DNA of 64,000 nucleotides from Candidatus Methanomethylicia archaeon (GTDB lineage: Archaea; Thermoproteota; Methanomethylicia; Culexarchaeales; Culexarchaeaceae), in the NCBI GenBank assembly GCA_038727515.1, contig JAVYVS010000001.1, positions 288,001 to 352,000 of the forward strand, written 5' to 3'. Position 1 is the first letter of the stretch. Every line of letters starts with the position of its first letter. Below are positions 29,647-39,445 of this stretch, piece by piece. The notes below the pieces were generated by a model, which was given only the letters and a program-made list of their open reading frames with translations, was not told where the DNA came from and searched no databases. Position numbers and translations under genes: made by a program.

Positions 29647-32097
29647 GTGCATAGAGAAGAGATGAGCTATCAACTTCAGATACAGAAAATAGAGAGAGAA
29701 GTTGTAAAAAGGAGGAGTTCAATTAAACCAATAAATGAGAGAATAGCTAAACTTAGAGAGGAAAGTGAAAAAGCTATAGTTAAAGTATCATTAGAAAGAG
29801 CTAAACTACTAACAGAATTTTACGCTAGCGATCAAGCTATAGGTAAATCTATTCCAGTTCAAAGAGCATTAGCCTTTAAATACTTAATGGAAAACGTTAG
29901 TTTACCAATTGAAGATGGACAGTTAATCGTTGGAATAAGGGGTACTGGACCTAAAGAAGTTCCGACATACCCAGAAATATGCTGCCATACACTACAAGAC
30001 TTAGAAGTATTAAATACAAGGAAGAATATGCCATATAAAGTTGATGATGAAACCTACGATTATTATAGGGATGTTATAATATCATTCTGGAAGGGTAAAA
30101 GTATTAGAGATATAATTTTTAAGAGTATGCCTAAAGAATGGATAGAAGCATATGAAGCAGGAATATTCACAGAATTCATGGAGCAAAGAGCTCCTGGACA
30201 TACAGCTGGAGGAAGTAGAGTATTCAAAATGGGTATAAATGATATAAAAAGGGAGATACAGGAGATTATTAGTAAATTAGATAAAAACGATCCAGAATAC
30301 TATGATAAAATAGAAGAATTAAAAGCTATGGAGATCGTGGCTGATGCAATATTAAAGTATGCTGAAAGATATGTGGAGAAACTTAAAGAATTAATGGAGA
30401 AAGAAAAAGACCCTAAGAGAAAAGAGGAATTGAAGCAGATGATTGAAATATGTAGTTGGGTTCCAGCAAATGCCCCAAGAACATTTTGGGAAGCATTACA
30501 ACACTACTGGTTTATACATGTTGGAATAACATACGAAACAAATCCATGGGATTCGTTTACACCCGGAAGATTAGATCAACATCTATACCCATTTTACAAA
30601 AAGGATATAGAGGAAGGTAGATTAACAAGGGAAAAAGCAAAAGAATTACTACAAGCGTTTTGGCTTAAATTCAATAATCAACCAGCAGTACCAAAAGTTG
30701 GAGTAACAGCTGAAGAAAGCTTCACATACAATGATTTCTCAAAGATAAATATTGGAGGATTAAAAGAGGATGGATCTGATGGTGTAAATGAACTCTCATA
30801 TCTAATACTTGAAGTTCTAAGTGAAATGAGAACTCTACAACCAAATACTGCAGTATTAGTTAGCAATAAGAATCCAGATAGATTTCTAATAAAAGCTCTA
30901 GAAGTTGTAGCACCAGGATTTGGAGAACCGCCATTCTTTAATTTTGATGGTATAATAGTAAAAATGCTTAGACAGGGGAAAACTCTTGAAGATGCTAGAA
31001 CCTCTGGAGTTAGTGGATGCGTTGAAACGGGAGCCTTTGGAAAAGAAGCATACATATTAACTGGATACTTCAATCTACCAAAAATACTTGAAATAACATT
31101 AAATAATGGTATTGACCCTAAAACTGGTAAAAAGATTGGATTGGAAACTGGAGATCCAAGGAACTTTAAATCATTTGAAGAATTATGGGAAGCATTCATT
31201 AAACAATTAAGATACTTCATAGATATTAAAATGAGGGGGAACGATATTATAGAAGAAATTTATGCAAAAAATCTTCCAGTACCATTCTTATCATTATGGA
31301 TAGAAGATTGTGTTAGAAATGCAAAAGACTATAATTGTGGAGGGGCAAGATATAATACACAATATATACAAATTGTAGGTTTAGGCACATTAACAGATTC
31401 ACTTACATCTATAAAATACAATGTATATGAGAAAAAGATATTCACAATGGAGCAAATTCTAGAAGCATTAAAGAGAGACTATGAAGGATATGAATTCATG
31501 AGACAAATATTCGTAAATAAAACACCAAAGTATGGCAATGATGACGATTACGTAGATGAAATAGCTAAGAAAATAGTTGATGAAATTGTTAAAATAATTG
31601 AAAGTTATCCACCAACACCAATAAGAAGAGCTTCAAGAAGAGTATACTTCCTTCCAACAACTGTACACGTATACTTTGGAAAAATGACTGGAGCAACACC
31701 AGACGGTAGAAAAGCTGGAACACCAGTATCTGAAGGAATATCTCCAGTTCAAGGCATGGATAGAAGAGGGATAGCAGCAGTATTTAGATCAATAACAAAA
31801 ATTGATTGGGATAAAACTGGAGGAGCCTTATTAAATATGAAATTAACACCAGACCTCTTAGAAGGTGAAGAAAATATCAGGAAATTCGCACAATTATTAA
31901 GAGTATACTTCAATATGGGTGGACACCACGTACAATTTAATGTTGTAAGCGCAGAATTACTAAGAGAAGCACAAAAAAGACCACAAGACTTCCAAGATCT
32001 AATGGTTAGGGTAGCAGGGTACAGTGATTACTTCGTAAATCTACCAAAAGGATTACAAGATGAAATAATAGCTAGAACTGAACATAAAGAGTTTTAA
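29647..32097 (+). CDS. hypD: Glycyl radical enzyme, trans-4-hydroxy-L-proline dehydratase type
   Basis: RVAGYS glycyl loop and SGCVET Cys loop, plus HypD signatures PTYPEICCH, FTEFMEQRAPGHT, WDSFTPGRLDQHL, NNQPA.PKVG, ES.TY.DF, LPTT.H.YFG. Confidence 0.85.
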   Translation: MHREEMSYQLQIQKIEREVVKRRSSIKPINERIAKLREESEKAIVKVSLERAKLLTEFYASDQAIGKSIPVQRALAFKYLMENVSLPIEDGQLIVGIRGTGPKEVPTYPEICCHTLQDLEVLNTRKNMPYKVDDETYDYYRDVIISFWKGKSIRDIIFKSMPKEWIEAYEAGIFTEFMEQRAPGHTAGGSRVFKMGINDIKREIQEIISKLDKNDPEYYDKIEELKAMEIVADAILKYAERYVEKLKELMEKEKDPKRKEELKQMIEICSWVPANAPRTFWEALQHYWFIHVGITYETNPWDSFTPGRLDQHLYPFYKKDIEEGRLTREKAKELLQAFWLKFNNQPAVPKVGVTAEESFTYNDFSKINIGGLKEDGSDGVNELSYLILEVLSEMRTLQPNTAVLVSNKNPDRFLIKALEVVAPGFGEPPFFNFDGIIVKMLRQGKTLEDARTSGVSGCVETGAFGKEAYILTGYFNLPKILEITLNNGIDPKTGKKIGLETGDPRNFKSFEELWEAFIKQLRYFIDIKMRGNDIIEEIYAKNLPVPFLSLWIEDCVRNAKDYNCGGARYNTQYIQIVGLGTLTDSLTSIKYNVYEKKIFTMEQILEALKRDYEGYEFMRQIFVNKTPKYGNDDDYVDEIAKKIVDEIVKIIESYPPTPIRRASRRVYFLPTTVHVYFGKMTGATPDGRKAGTPVSEGISPVQGMDRRGIAAVFRSITKIDWDKTGGALLNMKLTPDLLEGEENIRKFAQLLRVYFNMGGHHVQFNVVSAELLREAQKRPQDFQDLMVRVAGYSDYFVNLPKGLQDEIIARTEHKEF

Positions 32098-33017
32098 TGA
32101 TGATTAAAATGTTAAAGGGAATGATATTTGATATAAAGAGATTTGAAATTCATGATGGACCTGGAATAAGAACAACAGTATTTCTAAAGGGATGCCCATT
32201 AAGATGTTGGTGGTGTCATAATCCAGAGGGAATATCACCAACAAAAGAGGTAATGTATTTTGAATATAAATGCATACATTGTAGAACATGTGAAAAATTA
32301 TGCCCAAGAAATGCTATAAAAATTGTTGACTTACAACATGTAATAATGAGGGAGAACTGTGATGGATGTGGAATTTGTGCAGAAAATTGTCCTTCAGGAG
32401 CATTAAGAACTGTGGGTATGGAAATCACAGCAGAAGAACTAGTTAAAGAAATAGAAAAAGACGTAAAATTATATGACATATCGAATGGTGGAGTAACATT
32501 TTCAGGTGGAGAACCACTATATCAACCAGAATTCCTCTTAGAAACATTAAAGAAATGTATGGAAAAAGGAATAAACACAGCTCTAGATACCTCAGGATAT
32601 GCACAAAAAAAGGTTTTTGAAAAAGTAATTCCATATGTAAACGTCTTTCTATACGATATAAAAATAATAAATGAAGAGGATAGTTATAGGTATATAGGAG
32701 CTACAAGTAAACCTATGCTAGAAAACCTAAGATTATTAATTGAAATGAATAGAGGTAAAGATGTAATATTAAGATTCCCAGTAATACCAAACATAACAGA
32801 TACAAAAGAAAACATCAAAGAAATAATGAAATTAATAGAAACATTAAAGGGTATTGAAGAAATAGATCTACTACCATTCCATGATGTAAAAGAGAAATAC
32901 ATTAGACTTGGAAAAGAATATAAAATGATGAGTTCAGAACCACCATCACCACAAAAACTAAAATTACTAAAGGAAATGTTTGAAGAGAAGGGTTTAAAAG
33001 TAAAGATAGGTGGATGA
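32097..33017 (+). CDS. Glycyl-radical enzyme activating enzyme with ferredoxin insert
   Basis: HDGPGIRTTVFLKGCPLRCWWCHNPE, two CxxCxxCxxxCP motifs, SGGEP; TAATG overlap with hypD. Confidence 0.93.
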   Translation: MMIKMLKGMIFDIKRFEIHDGPGIRTTVFLKGCPLRCWWCHNPEGISPTKEVMYFEYKCIHCRTCEKLCPRNAIKIVDLQHVIMRENCDGCGICAENCPSGALRTVGMEITAEELVKEIEKDVKLYDISNGGVTFSGGEPLYQPEFLLETLKKCMEKGINTALDTSGYAQKKVFEKVIPYVNVFLYDIKIINEEDSYRYIGATSKPMLENLRLLIEMNRGKDVILRFPVIPNITDTKENIKEIMKLIETLKGIEEIDLLPFHDVKEKYIRLGKEYKMMSSEPPSPQKLKLLKEMFEEKGLKVKIGG

Positions 33018-33066
33018 ATAAAATTAGTTATCCCAACCTTTAATAATTAAATTATATAAAGTTATT

Positions 33067-34446
33067 TTGAAAGTTATGGATAAAATTAAAATAGCTATTA
33101 TAGGTGCTGGTAGTGCAGTATGGTCTTCTAGGATAATAATAGATCTCCTACTCACAGAAGATCTTTCTAAAAGTAAATTGATTTTAATGGATATAAATGA
33201 AGAAAGACTTAACTTAATTTATGATTTCTCTAGAAGGTATATTTCAGAATTAAAGGTTCAATATTGTGTGGAGAAAACAGTTGATAGGAGAGAAGCTATA
33301 AGAGATGCAGATTTCATTATTAATTCCGCTATGGTTGGTGGACACTTTTATTATGAGAAGATGAGAGAGATAAGTGAAGAACATGGTTATTATAGAGGAA
33401 TAAATAGCGTTGAATGGAATATGGTTTCAGATTACCATACTATTTGGGGTTATTATCAATTTAAATTGGCAATGAATATTGCTAGAGATATTGAAGAATT
33501 AGCTCCAAATGCATGGTTAATACAAATTGCAAATCCAGTTTTCGAATTAACTACATTAATAAGTAGAGAAACAAAGGTTAAAGTTATAGGTTTATGCCAT
33601 GGACATTTAGGATATATTGAATTAGCTGAAGCATTAGAATTAAATAAAGAACTTGTAGAAGCTGAAGTTATAGGATTTAATCATGTAGTTTGGCTTACAA
33701 AATTCAAGTATAACAATGAAGATGCATATCATTTAATTGATGAATGGATAAAATCTAAAGCTGAAAAATACTGGAATAAATGGCGTGTATCACAGGTAAA
33801 CCCATTTGATATTCAAATGTCTCCAGCAGCCATAGACATGTATAAAACCTATGGATTATTCCCAATTGGAGATACAGTTAGAGGGGGGACATGGAAATAT
33901 CATTGGAATCTAAAAACTAAACAATATTGGTATGGCCCCCTTGGAGGACCTGATTCTGAAATTGGGTGGATGATGTATATAACGGGATTAACTAAGAGGA
34001 TGAATGAACTTTCAAAAATCGTCTATAGTCAAAAACCAATAACAAGTTTAATACCACCAATTAAAAGTGGTGAATCTGTTATTCCAATAATAGATTCAAT
34101 AGTCAATGATAAGAGGAATGTATATCAAGTCAATGTGTTAAATCAATCATCAATACCATCAATACCAGACAATGTAGCTGTAGAAATGCCAGTTATAATA
34201 GATGGTAAAGGGATTCATAAAATGAAATTCAATCCACTACCAAAGAAAATAATGAATTACGTTATACAACCTAGAATGATGAGAATGGAATGGGCATTAG
34301 AAGCATACTTAGAGGGGGGAAGAGATGCATTATTTCAATGGTTAATAGTGGATCCAAGAACTAAAAATACAAAACAAGTAGAAGAAACTATAGATGCAAT
34401 ACTATCAATACCAGAAAATATTGAAATGGCAAAATACTTCAAATAA
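33067..34446 (+). CDS. Family 4 glycoside hydrolase (NAD-dependent alpha-glucosidase/glucuronidase type)
   Basis: IIGAGS, HGYYRG, ANPVFE, GLCHGH, GFNH, PIGDTVR, VEMP. Confidence 0.9.
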   Translation: MKVMDKIKIAIIGAGSAVWSSRIIIDLLLTEDLSKSKLILMDINEERLNLIYDFSRRYISELKVQYCVEKTVDRREAIRDADFIINSAMVGGHFYYEKMREISEEHGYYRGINSVEWNMVSDYHTIWGYYQFKLAMNIARDIEELAPNAWLIQIANPVFELTTLISRETKVKVIGLCHGHLGYIELAEALELNKELVEAEVIGFNHVVWLTKFKYNNEDAYHLIDEWIKSKAEKYWNKWRVSQVNPFDIQMSPAAIDMYKTYGLFPIGDTVRGGTWKYHWNLKTKQYWYGPLGGPDSEIGWMMYITGLTKRMNELSKIVYSQKPITSLIPPIKSGESVIPIIDSIVNDKRNVYQVNVLNQSSIPSIPDNVAVEMPVIIDGKGIHKMKFNPLPKKIMNYVIQPRMMRMEWALEAYLEGGRDALFQWLIVDPRTKNTKQVEETIDAILSIPENIEMAKYFK

Positions 34447-34498
34447 ACTTAAATTCAATTAGAAACCCATTTATCACACTAAAACAAAATATGTTTTC

Positions 34499-35509
34499 AT
34501 GATGAAACCCAGATTATTCATTACACGTGAACTTTTCACAGACATCATAGACAAGCTTTCAGAATATTATGAAATTGAAATTTGGGATAAGTATACTCCA
34601 CCACCATACCACACTTTACTGGAAAAAGTGAAAGAAATAGATGCATTAGTTTCGCTATTAACAGACAAAATAGATAACAATTTAATAAGTAATGCCAAAA
34701 AATTGAGGATAGTAGCGCAATATGCTGTTGGTTATGATAATATTGATATCGAAAATGCAACTAAACATGGAATATATGTAACAAATACACCTGGAGTTTT
34801 AACTGAATCAACAGCTGAATTAACCTGGGCATTAATACTTGGAGTTGCAAGAAGAATTGTAGAAGCAGATCACTTTGTTAGATGGGGTGAATGGTGGAGG
34901 ACTGGTACAGGATGGCATCCAAAGATGATGCTTGGAATAGAATTAATGAATAAAACCCTTGGAATAATAGGTTTAGGTAGAATTGGAAGTAGAGTGGCGG
35001 AAATAGGTAGAGCATTCAAAATGAAAGTAATATACTTTGATATAAATAGAAATTTTGAAATAGAAGAGAAACTTGGAATTGAATATAAAGGGCTAGATGA
35101 AGTTTTAAAGGAATCAGATGTAATATCTATACATACACCATTAACTAAGGATACATATCATATGATTAATGAAGAAAGATTGAAGCTGATGAAGAAAAAC
35201 GCAATAATAATAAATACTGCTAGAGGTTCAATAATAGATACTAACGCTTTAGTAAAAGCTTTAAGGGAAGGTTGGATTGCAGGAGCTGGAATAGAAGTTT
35301 TTGAAGAAGAACCATTACCACCAAATCATCCATTAACATCATTTAAAAACGTTATATTAACACCACACATTGGAAGCGCAACATATGAAGCAAGACATGC
35401 AATGGCTGAAAAAGTAATGGAAAACTTAATAGCATTCATAAATGGAGAGATACCACCAAACTTAGTAAATAAAGAAGTAATAAAAGTTAGAAAACCAGGC
35501 TTCAAATAA
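34499..35509 (+). CDS. gyaR: Glyoxylate reductase (D-2-hydroxyacid dehydrogenase)
   Basis: AQYAVGYDNID, TNTPGVLT, GWHPKMMLG, GLGRIG, NTARG, PHIGSA, VRKPGF C-terminus. Confidence 0.88.
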   Translation: MMKPRLFITRELFTDIIDKLSEYYEIEIWDKYTPPPYHTLLEKVKEIDALVSLLTDKIDNNLISNAKKLRIVAQYAVGYDNIDIENATKHGIYVTNTPGVLTESTAELTWALILGVARRIVEADHFVRWGEWWRTGTGWHPKMMLGIELMNKTLGIIGLGRIGSRVAEIGRAFKMKVIYFDINRNFEIEEKLGIEYKGLDEVLKESDVISIHTPLTKDTYHMINEERLKLMKKNAIIINTARGSIIDTNALVKALREGWIAGAGIEVFEEEPLPPNHPLTSFKNVILTPHIGSATYEARHAMAEKVMENLIAFINGEIPPNLVNKEVIKVRKPGFK

Positions 35510-35565
35510 ACAATCACAATCCTCTTAAAACCTTCTTTAACGGATAGTTTCCAGTGGAATTTTAA

Positions 35566-37227
35566 TTAGAGATTATTTATTTTAGCATATTCCTTTGCTG
35601 CTTCTATAACTTTTTCAGCTTCTTCAGAATACTTCGGTATTGTGTCTTCAACTATACATAATGCTGGTATCACTTTTTCCTTGGGATTTGGTATAAAGAA
35701 TTTTTGATGACCAAATTCATGTACACCAGTACTCCCCCTTCCAGGTGATGGATGTGATAAATGATATGTTGTTCTAACATATTTATGGAAGAAATCAATG
35801 TAGTTCTTTGGAAAAGGAACATGATAGAATGGTATTAATGGGAATAATGCATCATAATATGCTTCACCAAATATTAAGAAATCCTTACCATATCTTGATT
35901 TAAGCTTGTTAACTAATTCCTTTAAACCTTCATACATATCATACCTATAATCATTAACATACAAATGCGGTATATCAAAGAATGCTCCATCAACTTTAAA
36001 TTCATCTGTAATTTTACAAATGGAATTATACAAGTGATCTTGGAATTTCGGATTCCCAAGATTTAACGGTATCCATGTATCATCGCGTTCTCTATCAGCA
36101 TCCCAATCAACCCAATTAGGTGGAACTACACTCAATTCATATTTATCTTTGAAAATTGCTTCCTCCAATCCAAGTTTTTTAACCCATCTAAAACCTGCTG
36201 CTACAGCACCATACATTGGTACTACATGCATTCCAAGTTCATGTGCACCATCAACAAGCTTCTTAAATCCTTCAACTCCACCCAATTCTGGATCTGGTTC
36301 ATAAATGGGATAATCATAGTAATATCTCCCATTAAATCCCGGTAGGAATACTAAAACTCTATAACCTTCAATCCTCTCTGAAATCCATTCCAATATTTTA
36401 AGCATTTTATCAAATGTATTAAATATATACCCAGTCCAATGTTTACCATGCATATTAACAACTAATGAAACTTTCTTCATCCAATCCGGAACATCACCTC
36501 TATCCTCCCAAGATTTAAGCCCCCATTTCTCCTCCATAAAATTCATCCTCATCTTAAAAACATCCCATGGATCACTGCAGAAACCAATTCTCCAAATTGG
36601 AACCTCAATAAAATTAGATAGATTCATAGCTTTTTCCTCATGATACAATTCAATAACGCAAACACCATCTAAATCTCTCCTAATGGCAAAACGTTTAGGT
36701 CTAAAGATTCCATCCATACTTAAAGCATAGAAATATCTATCTAAATCCTTTACATATGTTAAAAGTATTGGTGTAGGTAGACTACGTGTATAACTAGTCC
36801 ATACCCTCGGATAATTCAATACTAAACCTTGATCTAAATTCAAATCTTCAAAATTAAATGAACTAGTTAAAACCTTATCAACATGAATACCTTTAATTAA
36901 GACGCCAAGGGATTTTATCTTCCATTCTTCAAAAGATAAATCACGATGAAGATTTGCATTACCAAATTCAATTTTAGCTTTACACATAATCTCTATGAAA
37001 TTGCCTTTATCATTTAAGCAAGCTTCAAAATAACCATCAATCTTTCCCTTACCACCAGCATAAAAGAAACTATTAGAGTATAATTTCAGCGTATTCTCAT
37101 AATATGAAACTTTAGTCTTTTCAGGATCAACACCATAAATATTGTCAAGTGTAAAAATTCTAAAGGAAAAATCAAAATCTTTAAATCGATGATATTTATC
37201 ACCAAAATTATAACTTAAATCCATCAA
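35566..37227 (-). CDS. Uncharacterised glycoside-hydrolase-like TIM-barrel protein
   Basis: VPDW, YEPDPELGGVEGFKKLVDGAHELGMHVVPM, LNLGNPKFQDHL, VDGAFFD, FGEA. Confidence 0.6.
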   Translation of the reverse strand: MMDLSYNFGDKYHRFKDFDFSFRIFTLDNIYGVDPEKTKVSYYENTLKLYSNSFFYAGGKGKIDGYFEACLNDKGNFIEIMCKAKIEFGNANLHRDLSFEEWKIKSLGVLIKGIHVDKVLTSSFNFEDLNLDQGLVLNYPRVWTSYTRSLPTPILLTYVKDLDRYFYALSMDGIFRPKRFAIRRDLDGVCVIELYHEEKAMNLSNFIEVPIWRIGFCSDPWDVFKMRMNFMEEKWGLKSWEDRGDVPDWMKKVSLVVNMHGKHWTGYIFNTFDKMLKILEWISERIEGYRVLVFLPGFNGRYYYDYPIYEPDPELGGVEGFKKLVDGAHELGMHVVPMYGAVAAGFRWVKKLGLEEAIFKDKYELSVVPPNWVDWDADRERDDTWIPLNLGNPKFQDHLYNSICKITDEFKVDGAFFDIPHLYVNDYRYDMYEGLKELVNKLKSRYGKDFLIFGEAYYDALFPLIPFYHVPFPKNYIDFFHKYVRTTYHLSHPSPGRGSTGVHEFGHQKFFIPNPKEKVIPALCIVEDTIPKYSEEAEKVIEAAKEYAKINNL

Positions 37228-37282
37228 ATCAATACACCAATAACATTTAAGAGAACCAAAAAATAAAAAATTTAATTTAAAT

Positions 37283-37975
37283 TTATTTAGACTTCTTCTT
37301 TACATCCATGTATATCATTATACAGAGTATCACTATGAATACTGGTATCATGTAGTATGCTGGATAGGATAATAAATATTGCATTCTACCAGTAAATAAT
37401 GTCATCCTGCTGAGTACTGTTCCACCAAATGCACCACCAAATGTGAACATGAGTACATATCTACCAGCTTTAGCTATATATCCCATAGGTTTACGAATAA
37501 CACTTATATCTGTGAAGAAGAAGTATAGGAAAGATGATATAAAGCCTAAGACTATAATTAGATTGTCTATTGGAGTGTATGGTCCAGTGGTTAATGAAAT
37601 TACACTAGCTTTAATCTGTCTAACTATTTGAGCTTCAATAAGTGCTCTCACAGATACACCAGTACCAACACCAACCATCACAGCCATGGAATATCTACTA
37701 ATCCAAGCTTGCTTAACAGTAAATCTTGTGAAAAGCATTATTCCAAGTATTATTGGTATGATAAACCAGTAATTACCTGCAGAAATCCTAGATACACCCT
37801 GATCCAAAATATTCTTCACAGCAAAGGCAACACCATAACCAGCATAAAGACCAACAAAAGTATGTTCAGCAATTCTATACAATATATTTTCCCTATAAAG
37901 TAGACTGTAAATCATCAATGTTAATGCAGCAGCTATTAAACCTGAAATAAGCGAAGCCAATTCCGCAAACTCCAT
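37283..37975 (-). CDS. Uncharacterised polytopic membrane protein (component D, copy 1)
   Basis: SLLYRENILYRIAEH..VG, YFFFT, GRYVLMFTFGGAFG. TAATG coupling with the upstream gene; homolog at 62230-62901. Confidence 0.85.
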   Translation of the reverse strand: MEFAELASLISGLIAAALTLMIYSLLYRENILYRIAEHTFVGLYAGYGVAFAVKNILDQGVSRISAGNYWFIIPIILGIMLFTRFTVKQAWISRYSMAVMVGVGTGVSVRALIEAQIVRQIKASVISLTTGPYTPIDNLIIVLGFISSFLYFFFTDISVIRKPMGYIAKAGRYVLMFTFGGAFGGTVLSRMTLFTGRMQYLLSYPAYYMIPVFIVILCIMIYMDVKKKSK

Positions 37976-38781
37976 TATCTCACCCTCCTCCCACCTAACC
38001 AATACTGTAAATTACCAATCACAATCAATATGACAACAAATAAATGCGAAAGTGAAAGAGCATCAGAGGAAGCGCAAGCTTCTCCAGGGCTGGCAATTAA
38101 AACTTCGTATTCAGCTGCAGCTCTAATACCAGCCACCATACCAACCAATTGACCTGCACTAATATATGGCATATATCCAGGGGCATTCATACCCCAAGTC
38201 ATAATTGCCACTGGAACACCATATGGAGTATAGAATTGCCTTATGTAAGGTTCACAATAACCGGTAGCAATAACCAATGCTAGATCCTTAGCAGTCTTAA
38301 CATTCTTCATTAATGGTATTTGCTCTATGGGTGTACCATAAACATCTCTGGGTAGTGCTTTATGAATGTTCTCAGCTATAGCAGCCATAGCAGTTTCATA
38401 ACCAGTAACATAACCAAAATCAACATAATCAACACCATAAGTCTTCTTTTCCAATAAATGAGCAATAGCAGGCTTAATTCTAGTAGCAAAATTTGTTGGA
38501 CCTTCAGCTGTATATAGTGAAATAAGGATTATCTTAACATTTTTACTTAGTAGATGCTTTAGAACTGCAATATTTGAGGGGCCATGTTCAGGCCAACTTG
38601 CAGCTCCAACACCATACTCAAATAATACAACACTACCCGGAGGTAGCGATTCAATTTTATCATACAATGCCTTTACTGGAGCGGTTATTGGTAATGGTAA
38701 TCCTAGAGGTCTAAGTAATGGTGCACCGACTACAATGAATAATAGTAGATACATATACCTTGGGTCAATTTCTTTAACCAT
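37975..38781 (-). CDS. Uncharacterised membrane-anchored alpha/beta protein (component C, copy 1)
   Basis: RPLGLP, YGVDYVDFGY..G.E, PY...GQL, G...AAEYE and a TM at each end. Start MVKEID at 38781; homolog at 62898-63707. Confidence 0.85.
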   Translation of the reverse strand: MVKEIDPRYMYLLLFIVVGAPLLRPLGLPLPITAPVKALYDKIESLPPGSVVLFEYGVGAASWPEHGPSNIAVLKHLLSKNVKIILISLYTAEGPTNFATRIKPAIAHLLEKKTYGVDYVDFGYVTGYETAMAAIAENIHKALPRDVYGTPIEQIPLMKNVKTAKDLALVIATGYCEPYIRQFYTPYGVPVAIMTWGMNAPGYMPYISAGQLVGMVAGIRAAAEYEVLIASPGEACASSDALSLSHLFVVILIVIGNLQYWLGGRRVR

Positions 38782-38785
38782 GTTC

Positions 38786-39433
38786 TCAACCTCCACCTCC
38801 AGCTTTAAGCCAAGCACTCTCTCTACCACTAAATGTCCTAATTGCAAGAGCTAGAGCACCTATAGCTGCGCCAACCATTATAGCCCTTTGACCAGCTGTT
38901 ATTGGAACACCCATAGCCCATGCACCCAAGGTAACTATTCCAGGATGTATATAGCCACCTATAGGTGCATTATAGAGTATAACAATTATCCCAGCCACTA
39001 AGAATATAGTTGTCTCAAGATTTCTAGCTCTAAAAGCTCTATATGATGCAGAAGTTATGAAGAAAGCAAGTATAGAGTAGACTGTTGGATCTAATGCAGC
39101 TATTGTCGTCGTATAAAGCCATCTATAACTTGGATGCCCCGTTATTGGTGGAAGTAAACCTAATATTGCCATAAGATACATTAAGAAAAGTGTCCATGCA
39201 CTTAATGCTCTCCTAACAACATCTTTCTCCCTCATAACAACTCGTCCATGAACAATTGTTAAGTTTATAACACCCATAAACATTGCAAATGCTGAAAGAA
39301 TGATAATCCAAACTTGAAGATCTGAAACAGCACTATGTAAAACTGGGATATCGAAAAAGTAATCTGCAAATGCCATAATACCTAGAATTGCAGTTAGGAA
39401 GAGTGGTAATTCACGTCTACGAAGCCAAGACAT
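38786..39433 (-). CDS. Uncharacterised polytopic membrane protein (component B, copy 1)
   Basis: About 6 TM, SASYRAFRARN, RAIMVGAAIG...IR...GRE; homolog at 63712-64000. Confidence 0.85.
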   Translation of the reverse strand: MSWLRRRELPLFLTAILGIMAFADYFFDIPVLHSAVSDLQVWIIILSAFAMFMGVINLTIVHGRVVMREKDVVRRALSAWTLFLMYLMAILGLLPPITGHPSYRWLYTTTIAALDPTVYSILAFFITSASYRAFRARNLETTIFLVAGIIVILYNAPIGGYIHPGIVTLGAWAMGVPITAGQRAIMVGAAIGALALAIRTFSGRESAWLKAGGGG

Positions 39434-39445
39434 GATACACACCCC

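Noticed and set aside
29647-32097. Glycyl radical enzyme as pyruvate formate-lyase or choline TMA-lyase
   Set aside because: It has a single Cys in SGCVE rather than the CC pair of PFL, and the surrounding motifs match HypD.
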